Positions 1 through 8,724 of a stretch of DNA of 64,000 nucleotides are shown here, piece after piece. A program made the position numbers and the translations under genes. Position 1 is the stretch's first letter; the number at the start of each line of letters is the position of its first letter. Under the pieces are notes generated by a model. That model saw only the letters and a program-made list of their open reading frames with translations. It searched no databases and was not told the origin of the DNA. The stretch covers positions 20,925 through 84,924 of the IMG/VR virus record IMGVR_UViG_3300001868_000007. One strand, written 5' to 3'. This DNA is from a virus (Duplodnaviria; Caudoviricetes).

Positions 1-19
1 AATAACAATTTAACAATTT

Positions 20-53
20 CAGCCCTATCGCATCACGGTCAAGCGAGAATCGT
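20..53 (+). promoter_or_regulatory. Conserved 5' leader hairpin, copy 1 (CAGCCCT..TCGC-ATCACGGTCAA-GCGA)
   Basis: Near-identical element at 3109-3138; both lie directly upstream of the start codons of paralogous genes; stem differs but stays paired. Confidence 0.55.
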
Positions 54-440
54 ATGACAACTAAACAATCGAGCAACAACAAAGTTGCAAAAATGGAAGT
101 CGATCAATTGTGCAAACAGTACAAGAAAGACGAAATGGCAAAAAAAGAACTTCCTATTGTTAAGAAGTTCTTACTAGAGAAAGGAATTGATGTAGCTACT
201 CTTCAAGTAAAGATCGCTCCTCAAGCTAAAGTTTTGACAGTTGAAAATAAAGCTGCCAAATCATTCGACAAATCTGATACAAAATCAGATTGCATGCGTA
301 AATTGATGCTTGCAAAAATGGAAATCAATCTTCACGACATTAATGTAAAATTGACGAAGAAAGGATTTCATCAAGCTTATCCATCTGAAGTGCAACGTGT
401 ACGTAAACAAATCAATCAACACCTTGTCTCATTGAATTAA
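54..440 (+). CDS. Hypothetical basic protein, paralog of the C-terminal domain of 3139..3768
   Basis: Shared motif TKSD.MR.L...I....N..L...GF..AY.SE.QR.R.Q. Confidence 0.75.
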   Translation: MTTKQSSNNKVAKMEVDQLCKQYKKDEMAKKELPIVKKFLLEKGIDVATLQVKIAPQAKVLTVENKAAKSFDKSDTKSDCMRKLMLAKMEINLHDINVKLTKKGFHQAYPSEVQRVRKQINQHLVSLN

Positions 441-455
441 TCAACTCTGAATTGA

Positions 456-500
456 AGAGGGTGAGTATTGCTATAAAACGCAGTCTCACCCTCTCTTTAT
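456..500 (+). terminator. Rho-independent terminator-like hairpin
   Basis: AGAGGGTGAG / CTCACCCTCT 10-bp inverted repeat followed by CTTTAT, just after the 54..440 stop. Confidence 0.6.
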
Positions 501-529
501 GTACTTATGAAAAATAATTCAAAAATGAA

Positions 530-572
530 ACATATTTCTGTTGCTTTGTAGGTAAGTAGGTTGTATCTTTCC
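530..572 (+). promoter_or_regulatory. Early-type promoter motif copy 1 (ACATA-N5-GTTG-N20-TATCTTT)
   Basis: Same spacing found at six intergenic sites; resembles Bacteroidota -33 TTTG / -7 TAnnTTTG. Confidence 0.7.
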
Positions 573-607
573 GACGTCTTAAAACAATTCACTTTAAAAA
601 TCATCTT

Positions 608-727
608 ATGAAAACGCTCAAAATTGACAAATCCTTTATTCCTTTTATAATAGTAGTAATTAGCATACTTATTGCTATTGTTGTTATTTGGTGTAATTTC
701 GATACATCTTTTGGTGGATCTTATTAA
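608..727 (+). CDS. Small 39-aa single-TM protein (not in ORF track)
   Basis: ATG after promoter; MKTLKIDKSFIPFIIVVISILIAIVVIWCNFDTSFGGSY*. Confidence 0.5.
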   Translation: MKTLKIDKSFIPFIIVVISILIAIVVIWCNFDTSFGGSY

Positions 728-746
728 TAATCTTAAATAAATCATC

Positions 747-1385
747 ATGGCTAAAATCAATGAACAGCTTCAAACTAATCTCACTAATGTAGTGAGTAAA
801 ATTTTCACTCTCGCTAAAGATCATTGGGTAAACGCAAAAGATTATCCTATCAGTAAACTATGTGAGGAATATAGTGTCGATCGCAGATATTCTACAGCTA
901 TTGGTAAAGTGCTTAGAGAAAAAGGTTTAATGTTCTCAGAGGGAGAAAAATCTGGAATGAAGTATAAAATTGATTATTTCAGTAATGCTCATATTCCATC
1001 ATATTCTCACCTTGCTGAACTGATTGTCGAGCAATATCGTGCAGATCTTAAAGCTTATAATGATTCTCGCAAATCTGACGATTGCCGCCCTCTTCGTTAT
1101 CCAAAAGAGAAAGTTGAAGTTATGCCTGCAAACTTTACTAAATGTTCAATACCTCATTTAGGAGAAAATAGATTTTGCTTAATTGCAAATAGGATCTTTG
1201 AGTGTAAAATTATAGGCAAAAGACAGTCACATGATGAACACATCCTTTTGTTTGAAGTTGAAGTACCAACTAAAAGTGAAAAAGACGAAAGACTTTTTAT
1301 AGACAATATTACTCTCAACAATCTTTTTGAATCAGTTGACACTCTCCTCATATATCTTTCCAAAAAAGTAACAAAATTCAAATGA
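747..1385 (+). CDS. Hypothetical protein
   Basis: 212-aa ORF, ATGA overlap with next gene. Confidence 0.7.
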   Translation: MAKINEQLQTNLTNVVSKIFTLAKDHWVNAKDYPISKLCEEYSVDRRYSTAIGKVLREKGLMFSEGEKSGMKYKIDYFSNAHIPSYSHLAELIVEQYRADLKAYNDSRKSDDCRPLRYPKEKVEVMPANFTKCSIPHLGENRFCLIANRIFECKIIGKRQSHDEHILLFEVEVPTKSEKDERLFIDNITLNNLFESVDTLLIYLSKKVTKFK

Positions 1386-1672
1386 TATCGTATTCAGTAC
1401 TCCTCCTCAAGAAAGATCTCACATTGATCAACACTGAAAATGAAGTTGAGAAAATTATTGTGCACTCTTATGACTACGTTGGACTGCGGACAGTGAAACA
1501 AAATGATGAAGGAGTATTGTATACAGCTTATAAAATCATAAATAAGAAGTGTTATTGCAGCACCTATAAAATTAAAAACAATCAAACTACTCTGAGTGCT
1601 GGAAGTGGACTAGAGTCGCAAGAAATTCTCGAAGATAAACTTTATTTTAAATATAAACAAAAATCATTATGA
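1382..1672 (+). CDS. Hypothetical protein
   Basis: Coupled by ATGA overlaps on both sides. Confidence 0.6.
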   Translation: MISYSVLLLKKDLTLINTENEVEKIIVHSYDYVGLRTVKQNDEGVLYTAYKIINKKCYCSTYKIKNNQTTLSAGSGLESQEILEDKLYFKYKQKSL

Positions 1673-2100
1673 GAACACTAAAATTATCAATTGTACTTCT
1701 TTTTGTTTCAATATTAAGTTACTCTCAATGTGTGACGCAATTTTTTGGAGCAAAATATACTCAGAACAAAACTATTTCTTTAAATGTATCGCAACTAAAT
1801 CCTGACTATTCATATTCTGGACTACAAGCTACAATGCCTTTATTCGATAGTAAAACATTTCTAGCAAACGCTGAAGTAGGTAGAGGAATTGTAATTAATA
1901 AAGTTGGCTTCATTGGATATGGAGTCATAGGTTTGTATATCTATGATTTTGGTGATTGGAAACTCAATTATGGAATAGGATTTCAAACATTTTACAAGAA
2001 TGTTTTCGTCGGAGTAAATTGCACCAATAAAGAACATTTAGGCATTAAATTGGGGATTTGTTTTAATTCAATGTTGTGTCCAATAAAATATCATAAATAA
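1669..2100 (+). CDS. Secreted/outer-membrane beta-strand-rich protein
   Basis: Signal peptide MRTLKLSIVLLFVSILSYSQ; alternating aromatic/Gly beta strands. Confidence 0.5.
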   Translation: MRTLKLSIVLLFVSILSYSQCVTQFFGAKYTQNKTISLNVSQLNPDYSYSGLQATMPLFDSKTFLANAEVGRGIVINKVGFIGYGVIGLYIYDFGDWKLNYGIGFQTFYKNVFVGVNCTNKEHLGIKLGICFNSMLCPIKYHK

Positions 2101-2102
2101 CT

Positions 2103-2555
2103 ATGAAAATTAAAATCGGTAGCACTCGTATTTGTTTTATGTTCTCTAAAGTTGCAGTAAAGATTCCTATCTTCTTCTCATGGAGAAGATTTATCGCTGG
2201 AGTAGCTTCTAATTATAGTGAAGCCCTGACTTGGGAACAAACCACCTTAGATCTAATCAACGGAGAAGAGAATCAACAATATCTTTGTGAGGTTTATGAG
2301 AATCTCGGAGGATTACTTCTAATCGCTGAAAGAGTTCATCAGTTATCTGATCTTGAATTCCTACAGATACCTCTCTATGTTCACGACAAACTTCTTCGTC
2401 TCGCCTCAGATAAGTCAGAATTCGTTAATCAGAATGTAGGTAGAATTGAAATCGATGAAACTACTCACTATAAACTTCTTGATTACGGAACCAACATCTT
2501 GATTCAATCTTCTAAAAGAAACTGGATCGTCAGGTATTTAAAGATTCTTCGCTAG
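2103..2555 (+). CDS. Minimal protein-kinase-like fold protein
   Basis: GSTR Gly-loop, VAVK Lys, N.SE helix C Glu, D....NQN catalytic-loop-like segment, LLDYG (DFG equivalent). Confidence 0.5.
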   Translation: MKIKIGSTRICFMFSKVAVKIPIFFSWRRFIAGVASNYSEALTWEQTTLDLINGEENQQYLCEVYENLGGLLLIAERVHQLSDLEFLQIPLYVHDKLLRLASDKSEFVNQNVGRIEIDETTHYKLLDYGTNILIQSSKRNWIVRYLKILR

Positions 2556-2612
2556 GAATTCAGCATGAATCCTTAATAGATCATAAAAGATCGCATGGGT
2601 CGGAGAAATACT

Positions 2613-2678
2613 ACATACTTTTGTTGTTTCGCGTTGTGGGTAGGGGTATCTTCGCAGTGTAATTAAAAACAGAAGATT
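2613..2678 (+). promoter_or_regulatory. Early-type promoter motif copy 2 with leader duplicated at 22163-22200
   Basis: ACATA CTTTT GTTG N20 TATCTTCG, then GTAATTAAAAACAGAAGATTATGAAA. Confidence 0.7.
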
Positions 2679-2891
2679 ATGAAAACGACACTGATTACCG
2701 TAGTTAATGGTTCAATTGAAAGTGAAATTCTTGAATACTTAGGAGCAACAGAATTAAATTATAGAGCTTATTTAACATCTAAGAAATTGATCGATACTCA
2801 ATGCTATCTTTATGGTTCATGTGGATTTTCAATGTTCGATGTAATTTGCACTAAACTCGATAAATTAACCGCTGAAACTCTCAACAAATGA
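2679..2891 (+). CDS. Hypothetical protein
   Basis: First gene after promoter copy 2. Confidence 0.6.
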   Translation: MKTTLITVVNGSIESEILEYLGATELNYRAYLTSKKLIDTQCYLYGSCGFSMFDVICTKLDKLTAETLNK

Positions 2892-3103
2892 ACCTCACCA
2901 AAGTCATAGAAGCACAATCCACTCATTCAGGAACACTACCTTCGGTACTGTTCGATGAAGTAGCTGAATTCGTAGATAAAAATCTGCATCAATCAACTCA
3001 TGTAGATTTAATCAAAAATCCTCAATCCATTAAGAGATCGGAAAATTTTCAGTATCTCGTAGACGGATTATCCTACACAGTAATCAATAAATTCTTTAAA
3101 TAA
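2888..3103 (+). CDS. Hypothetical protein
   Basis: ATGA overlap. Confidence 0.55.
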   Translation: MNLTKVIEAQSTHSGTLPSVLFDEVAEFVDKNLHQSTHVDLIKNPQSIKRSENFQYLVDGLSYTVINKFFK

Positions 3104-3108
3104 ATACT

Positions 3109-3138
3109 CAGCCCTCGACATCACGGTAAGTCAGCATT
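3109..3138 (+). promoter_or_regulatory. Conserved 5' leader hairpin, copy 2 (CAGCCCT.GAC-ATCACGGTAA-GTCAG)
   Basis: See copy 1. Confidence 0.55.
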
Positions 3139-3768
3139 ATGTCACTAACCAATGAAGATCAAAAAAAGATTTCAAAAATCGGCACATCAGCGTTAACAGT
3201 CAGAGTTCAGCTTGGTAAATTCGAAGGCGAAGAGCTTGAGTACGCTATTTCTCTCCTTAAAAAACGTCACATAGATATTGATTTAATTCTTGCGAAAAAA
3301 GCTACAAAAGTAGTAGAACTTGAAGTAGCTTTAAATAAAGCTGTGATCGAGTCGCCTAAAGAAGTTTATGTTGAAGAAGAACCTTTCCAATCAGAAGATC
3401 TGCCGGAGTTATTTTTTCTACCTGAAAACGACGGTCCTCAATCGCAAGAAGAATACGATGCTCTTCAAACCATTGAAAACACTCAAGATCCTTTGATCGA
3501 AGAAGTAGCTTTTGTTCCGGTAAAAAAAGAAAAGAAAGCGAAAGCTGTGAAGAAATCCAGCAAACATGAGAAAAAAATCTATACTGACGCTAACGGTAAA
3601 GAAATGACCAAATCTGATCTGATGCGTCGCTTAATCCGTCTCAAAAACAATATCAAACCAAAAGAACTCAACGAACAACTTATTGATGCAGGTTTTGAGA
3701 AAGCTTATTACAGTGAAATTCAACGTTGTCGTCAACAAATGGGTGTAACTCCTGAAGCGAAAGAATAG
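3139..3768 (+). CDS. Hypothetical protein with C-terminal domain paralogous to 54..440
   Basis: TKSDLMRRL...GFEKAYYSEIQRCRQQ; acidic linker and Lys-rich segment. Confidence 0.75.
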   Translation: MSLTNEDQKKISKIGTSALTVRVQLGKFEGEELEYAISLLKKRHIDIDLILAKKATKVVELEVALNKAVIESPKEVYVEEEPFQSEDLPELFFLPENDGPQSQEEYDALQTIENTQDPLIEEVAFVPVKKEKKAKAVKKSSKHEKKIYTDANGKEMTKSDLMRRLIRLKNNIKPKELNEQLIDAGFEKAYYSEIQRCRQQMGVTPEAKE

Positions 3769-3772
3769 CATC

Positions 3773-3967
3773 ATGTTAACAGTACAGACCGACGTTACCT
3801 ATTTAAGTATAGGAGATTTGAAGAGAGAGTATCAAGATATCTCTATTGTTATTAGCGAATTAACTCTTAATCACTTTAAAAGTGACGATCCTAGAGATTG
3901 GCGACTAAAAAGTGTCATTATTTTCAGAAAAGGAAAAGAAACCAAAGTATTAAAATCTCGTTTTTAA
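3773..3967 (+). CDS. Hypothetical protein
   Basis: 64-aa ORF filling the gap. Confidence 0.5.
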   Translation: MLTVQTDVTYLSIGDLKREYQDISIVISELTLNHFKSDDPRDWRLKSVIIFRKGKETKVLKSRF

Positions 3968-3974
3968 TAAAATT

Positions 3975-4613
3975 ATGAAGAAAGCAATAGTAATTTCCAC
4001 ATTTGGTTCACCTGCTTATATTGCCTTACAAATAGAATCAGCTCGACGTTTCTCTCCTGATTCCTCGATATTGATCTACGACGACATGAGTAATAATATT
4101 GGTCTTCGCGATCTCTGTAAACAGCAACGTATTGAGCTTTACTCTAACCATTCCCGAATGGGACATTTCTTAGGCGACTTGAATTCCTACATCGTAGGAC
4201 TGGAGTTTGCAAAAAATATCGGAGCAGAACAACTCATCAAAATATCGCGAAGATTCTTACCAATCACTTCGTGGGAAAACATTCCTTTCGACACAACTGT
4301 TGGGAATTCAGATGTAGCCTTTAATTGGAATCTACGAACTGAATTTGTTGGCTTTAATGTAGAAATGTGGCATAAGCAACTATCATTAAAAGATTACGCA
4401 GGAGGTTTCATTGAGAATCATATAGCTGAGAAAGCACAAAAAATTGGATCAATAACACAATTTGATTGGTTAGGTGCAACTAGATATCGAGATAATGGTA
4501 ACTTTCTATGGTACAACTTCGCTACTCCTTTAGACTATGTCAATAAAGGTTTAGAGTGGGGACTAGAATTCACAGAATCAGATTTTAATACATCACCAAA
4601 TTGGGAACAATAA
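3975..4613 (+). CDS. GT-A fold (GT2-like) glycosyltransferase candidate
   Basis: N-terminal AIVISTFG...YIALQIESA...ILIYDDMS pattern matches the GT2 nucleotide-sugar binding start; no canonical DxD later. Confidence 0.5.
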   Translation: MKKAIVISTFGSPAYIALQIESARRFSPDSSILIYDDMSNNIGLRDLCKQQRIELYSNHSRMGHFLGDLNSYIVGLEFAKNIGAEQLIKISRRFLPITSWENIPFDTTVGNSDVAFNWNLRTEFVGFNVEMWHKQLSLKDYAGGFIENHIAEKAQKIGSITQFDWLGATRYRDNGNFLWYNFATPLDYVNKGLEWGLEFTESDFNTSPNWEQ

Positions 4614-4630
4614 TTAATACTTAATCACAT

Positions 4631-4810
4631 ATGAAAACTGTAAGAATAGAACTCAATCTTCCTAACGGAAGCTCTCAAGAACTCGAATTCCCTGAAGGAA
4701 CAATGGTTACGGTAAAAACGAAAACGTTAAAGAAAGTTATCTTCGAGCCTAAAGAAGAGTTAAAGATTGAAGAAGTCATTATTCCCAAAACTTATTCATA
4801 CGAAGGATGA
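4631..4810 (+). CDS. Hypothetical 59-aa protein (not in ORF track)
   Basis: ATG..TGA, MKTVRIELNLPNGSSQELEFPEG... Confidence 0.5.
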   Translation: MKTVRIELNLPNGSSQELEFPEGTMVTVKTKTLKKVIFEPKEELKIEEVIIPKTYSYEG

Positions 4811-4814
4811 TATT

Positions 4815-5153
4815 ATGAAAGATCTCAAGGTTTCATACGAAATTACTTGCCAATTCGCAGAATCTCACTTACTCAGTGAAGAGAAATTGGAAAACATGAG
4901 AAAGCGTTATATATCTCAGCTTTTTGTAAAAAAAATATGTGAAGAAGGTTTATTCGAAATTAAATCAAGTAAGGTTCCATCTAAACAAACAGATACTTAC
5001 GAAGCTCAGTTTTTCGTTCAAACTACTGAAGAGTATAACGAAATGATTAACGCTCTCAGACATCTTGAAGGAACAATCATGGGATTGACTTCAGCTAACA
5101 CTCAAGAAACTCTTTTACAACAACTTGATAAACTTAAAGAAATACTGAAATGA
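4815..5153 (+). CDS. Hypothetical protein (start revised from 4767)
   Basis: ATG at 4815 follows the upstream stop. Confidence 0.55.
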   Translation: MKDLKVSYEITCQFAESHLLSEEKLENMRKRYISQLFVKKICEEGLFEIKSSKVPSKQTDTYEAQFFVQTTEEYNEMINALRHLEGTIMGLTSANTQETLLQQLDKLKEILK

Positions 5154-5545
5154 ATATACTAAACGATAAAACAGATCAGAATCACGTTGTTCTCAACCAA
5201 ATGGAGCATGTAGAACAAGAGAAAATGGAATACAAGTTGATTGATACATTTCTCCGTACACCAGGTTTAAAACTATGGTTCTACAATCCTGAGACAGAAG
5301 TGGTTGCTGAGGTGATTGAAAAAGAAGTTGAGAAAGGAACTGCTCAAATGGTGATAACTAGTGAGAAAGACTACGTAATCGAAGACCATGAACGCAAATC
5401 AATCAACGTTGATTCTCGTAATATCTATTTTGAAGCTCTACATTGGAAGAGTGCAGAAAATCGAGTAAAAAAATATACATCTGGCAAAATCAAAACACTT
5501 TGTAATTTACGTAAACCGACAGGAATGTCACTTAAACTTTGGTAA
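5150..5545 (+). CDS. Hypothetical protein
   Basis: 131-aa ORF, ATGA overlap. Confidence 0.65.
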   Translation: MNILNDKTDQNHVVLNQMEHVEQEKMEYKLIDTFLRTPGLKLWFYNPETEVVAEVIEKEVEKGTAQMVITSEKDYVIEDHERKSINVDSRNIYFEALHWKSAENRVKKYTSGKIKTLCNLRKPTGMSLKLW

Positions 5546-5547
5546 TC

Positions 5548-6240
5548 ATGCAATCAAATATCCCTTTCAAATGTCCTCATGGAGAATTTACATGTATAGA
5601 TGTAGATCCTAACGGAGTCCTCAGTCCAGAATGTAGTGAATGTGAACACTCTAAAAATATAGATCCTCGCAAAGCAGCAATTGCTTCAGTTAATTATGAT
5701 TTGAACGAAAACATAAAAATAGGAGCAAAACTGTTTTATAGAGATATGACATTTGCTGGAATTGAAGATAGTATTATTGTGTCATTTGAGACTGGTGCTA
5801 AATCTCAACAAGCAAAAGAGTATTGGTATAATCGATTCAAACAAGATTATTTTGCTTCAGATCAAAACGCTAACGATTTGATTGATAATCATAGAGCAAT
5901 TGGTATTATTGGTCATAATCCAAAAGTAATACTATGTAGTAGTGGTAGAATTGATGGAAAGTCTCAACTTTTTGAAGCAATCGGGAAAGCTCATAAAGAA
6001 GGAATCGAAGTAGTAGTTATTAATTCACCAAACTACAGACCTCCTCTTGAAGTTCCTGATTTCAACAATGAGATAAAAGAGATGGAGATACAATCAAATC
6101 GTAGACCAGAAATCTTTGAGTTACATAATTATGATATGGTTGGAGAATGTCGTATTGTTGAAGAACCTAAATCCTACGACAGAAAATCAATGCCAGGTAA
6201 GATGAATACTTATAAATCAAAGAGGAGAAACAAACGGTAG
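5548..6240 (+). CDS. Hypothetical protein with N-terminal Cys/His zinc-finger-like motif
   Basis: CPH..C...C..C near N-terminus. Confidence 0.55.
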   Translation: MQSNIPFKCPHGEFTCIDVDPNGVLSPECSECEHSKNIDPRKAAIASVNYDLNENIKIGAKLFYRDMTFAGIEDSIIVSFETGAKSQQAKEYWYNRFKQDYFASDQNANDLIDNHRAIGIIGHNPKVILCSSGRIDGKSQLFEAIGKAHKEGIEVVVINSPNYRPPLEVPDFNNEIKEMEIQSNRRPEIFELHNYDMVGECRIVEEPKSYDRKSMPGKMNTYKSKRRNKR

Positions 6241-6362
6241 TGTGTAGTTTTTAAAATTAAGGAGCGAACGCAGTTCGCAATTTATTTCTTATGAATGTAA
6301 TGAATAAGAAATATTACTCTATTCCTTGATTCTTATTTATTAACTCTTATTTTATTATATCG

Positions 6363-6423
6363 CGGGATTACCGCCACGTATGCCGTGATTACCGCCATGT
6401 AAAACTCCACTAAACTACACTAA
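6363..6423. repeat. Iteron/operator-like direct repeats after an AT-rich stretch
   Basis: CG(G/T)GATTACCGCCA(C/T)GTA x2 with 21-bp period (6363, 6384), then AAACT(C/A)CACT x2. Confidence 0.6.
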
Positions 6424-6501
6424 AAATCTTTTTTGAATTATGAAGGGAGCGAAAGAGTTATTCTCTCAAACATCGATAGTATCTTTACGAAAAAATTAAC
6501 A

Positions 6502-6867
6502 ATGGATAGTACAACGATACTTCTGCAACAAAATGGATACTGGCAATTGAACTATGATCTAGTTGCAGAGTTTGGATTCTCCAAAGCTGCAGTCTTAACC
6601 GATTTGATTGTAAAATTCAATTTCTTCGAAAGAACAAATCAACTCATTGAAAAGAAATGGTTTTTCTATAGACGAGAAGATATGTCTCAGAGGTGGAAGA
6701 TGCAAGTAGACGCTCAAAGAAAAGTTCTCAAGGAACTTAGAGATCTCAACTTGATTGATTTTCAATTAAGAGGAATTTCTCCTCAAAAACAATTCTACAC
6801 AATTAATAGAGTAGAGGTAGATCAATTATTATTTTCTCTTCATAAAAAATATAAAAATGAGCGCTAA
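6502..6867 (+). CDS. Winged-helix DNA-binding protein, replication-initiator N-terminal-like (paralog 1)
   Basis: L...FG.SKA.VLTDLI.K...F......KKWFFY.RE......KELRDLNLIDFQ.RG. Confidence 0.55.
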   Translation: MDSTTILLQQNGYWQLNYDLVAEFGFSKAAVLTDLIVKFNFFERTNQLIEKKWFFYRREDMSQRWKMQVDAQRKVLKELRDLNLIDFQLRGISPQKQFYTINRVEVDQLLFSLHKKYKNER

Positions 6868-7261
6868 CGCAACTGTACATTTTCTGTCACCAGATAGCTT
6901 TTATAGATTAAGTAAAGCTCTTGTTCATCATCTTGGATTAACCAAAGCTTTTGCCTTAACAGATTTACTTGATAAATATGAAGATTTGGAGACTAGTAAT
7001 CTTCTACCTGAAGACAAATGGTTCACATATACTCGACCAGAGATCAGTAAGAGTTGGGGAGTTCATTTCAAATTACAACGAGATATTCTTGCTGAATTCA
7101 AGCAGCTTGGATTAATAGATTTTGAAAAAAGAGGAATAATTCCTCAAAGAAATCACTTTAAGTTAAATTTTTCAAAGATAGATGAGCTTCTTGATATTGC
7201 TGTAGAGTCTTATATAAAAGATTGTCAAGAACAATATACAAATCACATCAATCGTAACTAA
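6857..7261 (+). CDS. Winged-helix DNA-binding protein (paralog 2, tandem duplicate)
   Basis: LGLTKAFALTDLLDKY...DKWFTYTR.E......EFKQLGLIDFEKRG aligns with paralog 1. Confidence 0.55.
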   Translation: MSANATVHFLSPDSFYRLSKALVHHLGLTKAFALTDLLDKYEDLETSNLLPEDKWFTYTRPEISKSWGVHFKLQRDILAEFKQLGLIDFEKRGIIPQRNHFKLNFSKIDELLDIAVESYIKDCQEQYTNHINRN

Positions 7262-7278
7262 CAAAACAAAATCGCAAA

Positions 7279-8724
7279 ATGAACTTTAGTCCATATCAAA
7301 TCGACATTTTTAAAGCAGTTCAAACTACACAGAATCACATATGTGTTGAAGCAACCGCAGGTGCAGGTAAAACATCAACGATTCTGGAGGCTTTGAAGCT
7401 AATTCCTCGAATGAAGAAAAGTATATTTTTATCATTTAGTAACACAATTGTAAACGAATTAAAATCTCGAGTACCTGATTATGTAAAAGCTTCAACACTT
7501 CACTCTCTTGGTTGTAGAATGATTATGAAGCAGTATAGAGGAGTAAAAATCGATAACGATAAATGGTTTAAAATATTAGTAAATGATCTCAAAGCTGAAG
7601 ATAAAAACAAAGCTAATTTTAGAATTTGCGGTCAAACTTCCGATGTTATCAATTACGCTCGAATGACATTGACTCGACCAAGCGTTATAGATTTGTCGAC
7701 AATGTGTGATCATTATGGTTTAGAGTGGACTACTGAGATTATTTATAAAGCTATGAAGTTTCTCAATGAGCAAGAAAAACACTTGAAGATGATTGATTTT
7801 ACTGACATGATCTATTTACCTGCAACCTCAACCAGACTTATTGATGAACAATTTGATTTTGTATTCTTGGACGAGGCACAGGATTTGAATAATGCTCAGA
7901 GAACATTTATTGAAAAGATATTGAGACCAAATGGAAGATTAGTGGCTGTAGGGGACTCAAAACAAAGCATATATTCTTTTTCGGGAAGTTCCATAGATTC
8001 TTTTGATAAATTGAAACAGAGACCGAATACAACAGAATTACCGCTATCAATTAGTTATCGTTGTGCTAAAAATATTGTTATTGAAGCTCAGAAAATATTT
8101 GATACAATTCAACCTTTTGAAGGAGCTATCGATGGTATAGTTCGGAAAGGTGATCTCGAAGAAGCAAAAGCTGGAGATATGGTGCTATGTCGCAAAACAG
8201 CTCCACTCATACTTGCATTCTTCTATTTGCTGAGAAAAGGAATCAAATCGACAGTGATCGGTAAAGATATTGAGGTCGGATTACTTGATCTTGCAGCTAA
8301 AGTTCAGACAACAGATAAGGAGCGAACACTACTTCGCATTGAGGATCAAAAGGAAGTTTTGAGAGAGGAGTTAATCAAATTGAAATTTCATAATCCTCTT
8401 GTTCATCCTAGATACCTTGCTCTACTTGATAAGGTGGAAGTTCTACACTTAATTATCCATCAATCGAACGATCCTGGCAATCTCTCAGCAACGATCAGAG
8501 AACTCTTTAGAGAGGATAAAAAAGCAATACGACTGATGACGATTCATCGAAGCAAAGGACTTGAGAATGATCGCGTATTCATAATCGACAAATTCAACGG
8601 AACAAAAACAATACCTTCTCCTTTCGCAACTAAAGATTGGGAAAAAGTTCAAGAGAAGAATCTTTTGTTTGTTGCAATAACGAGAGCTAAAAAAGAGTTG
8701 ATTTATATTAATTTAGATGAGTAA
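7279..8724 (+). CDS. SF1 UvrD/Rep-like helicase
   Basis: Walker A ATAGAGKT, Walker B LDEAQD, VGD.KQSIY, SYRC, MTIHRSKGLE, FVAITRAK. Confidence 0.92.
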   Translation: MNFSPYQIDIFKAVQTTQNHICVEATAGAGKTSTILEALKLIPRMKKSIFLSFSNTIVNELKSRVPDYVKASTLHSLGCRMIMKQYRGVKIDNDKWFKILVNDLKAEDKNKANFRICGQTSDVINYARMTLTRPSVIDLSTMCDHYGLEWTTEIIYKAMKFLNEQEKHLKMIDFTDMIYLPATSTRLIDEQFDFVFLDEAQDLNNAQRTFIEKILRPNGRLVAVGDSKQSIYSFSGSSIDSFDKLKQRPNTTELPLSISYRCAKNIVIEAQKIFDTIQPFEGAIDGIVRKGDLEEAKAGDMVLCRKTAPLILAFFYLLRKGIKSTVIGKDIEVGLLDLAAKVQTTDKERTLLRIEDQKEVLREELIKLKFHNPLVHPRYLALLDKVEVLHLIIHQSNDPGNLSATIRELFREDKKAIRLMTIHRSKGLENDRVFIIDKFNGTKTIPSPFATKDWEKVQEKNLLFVAITRAKKELIYINLDE

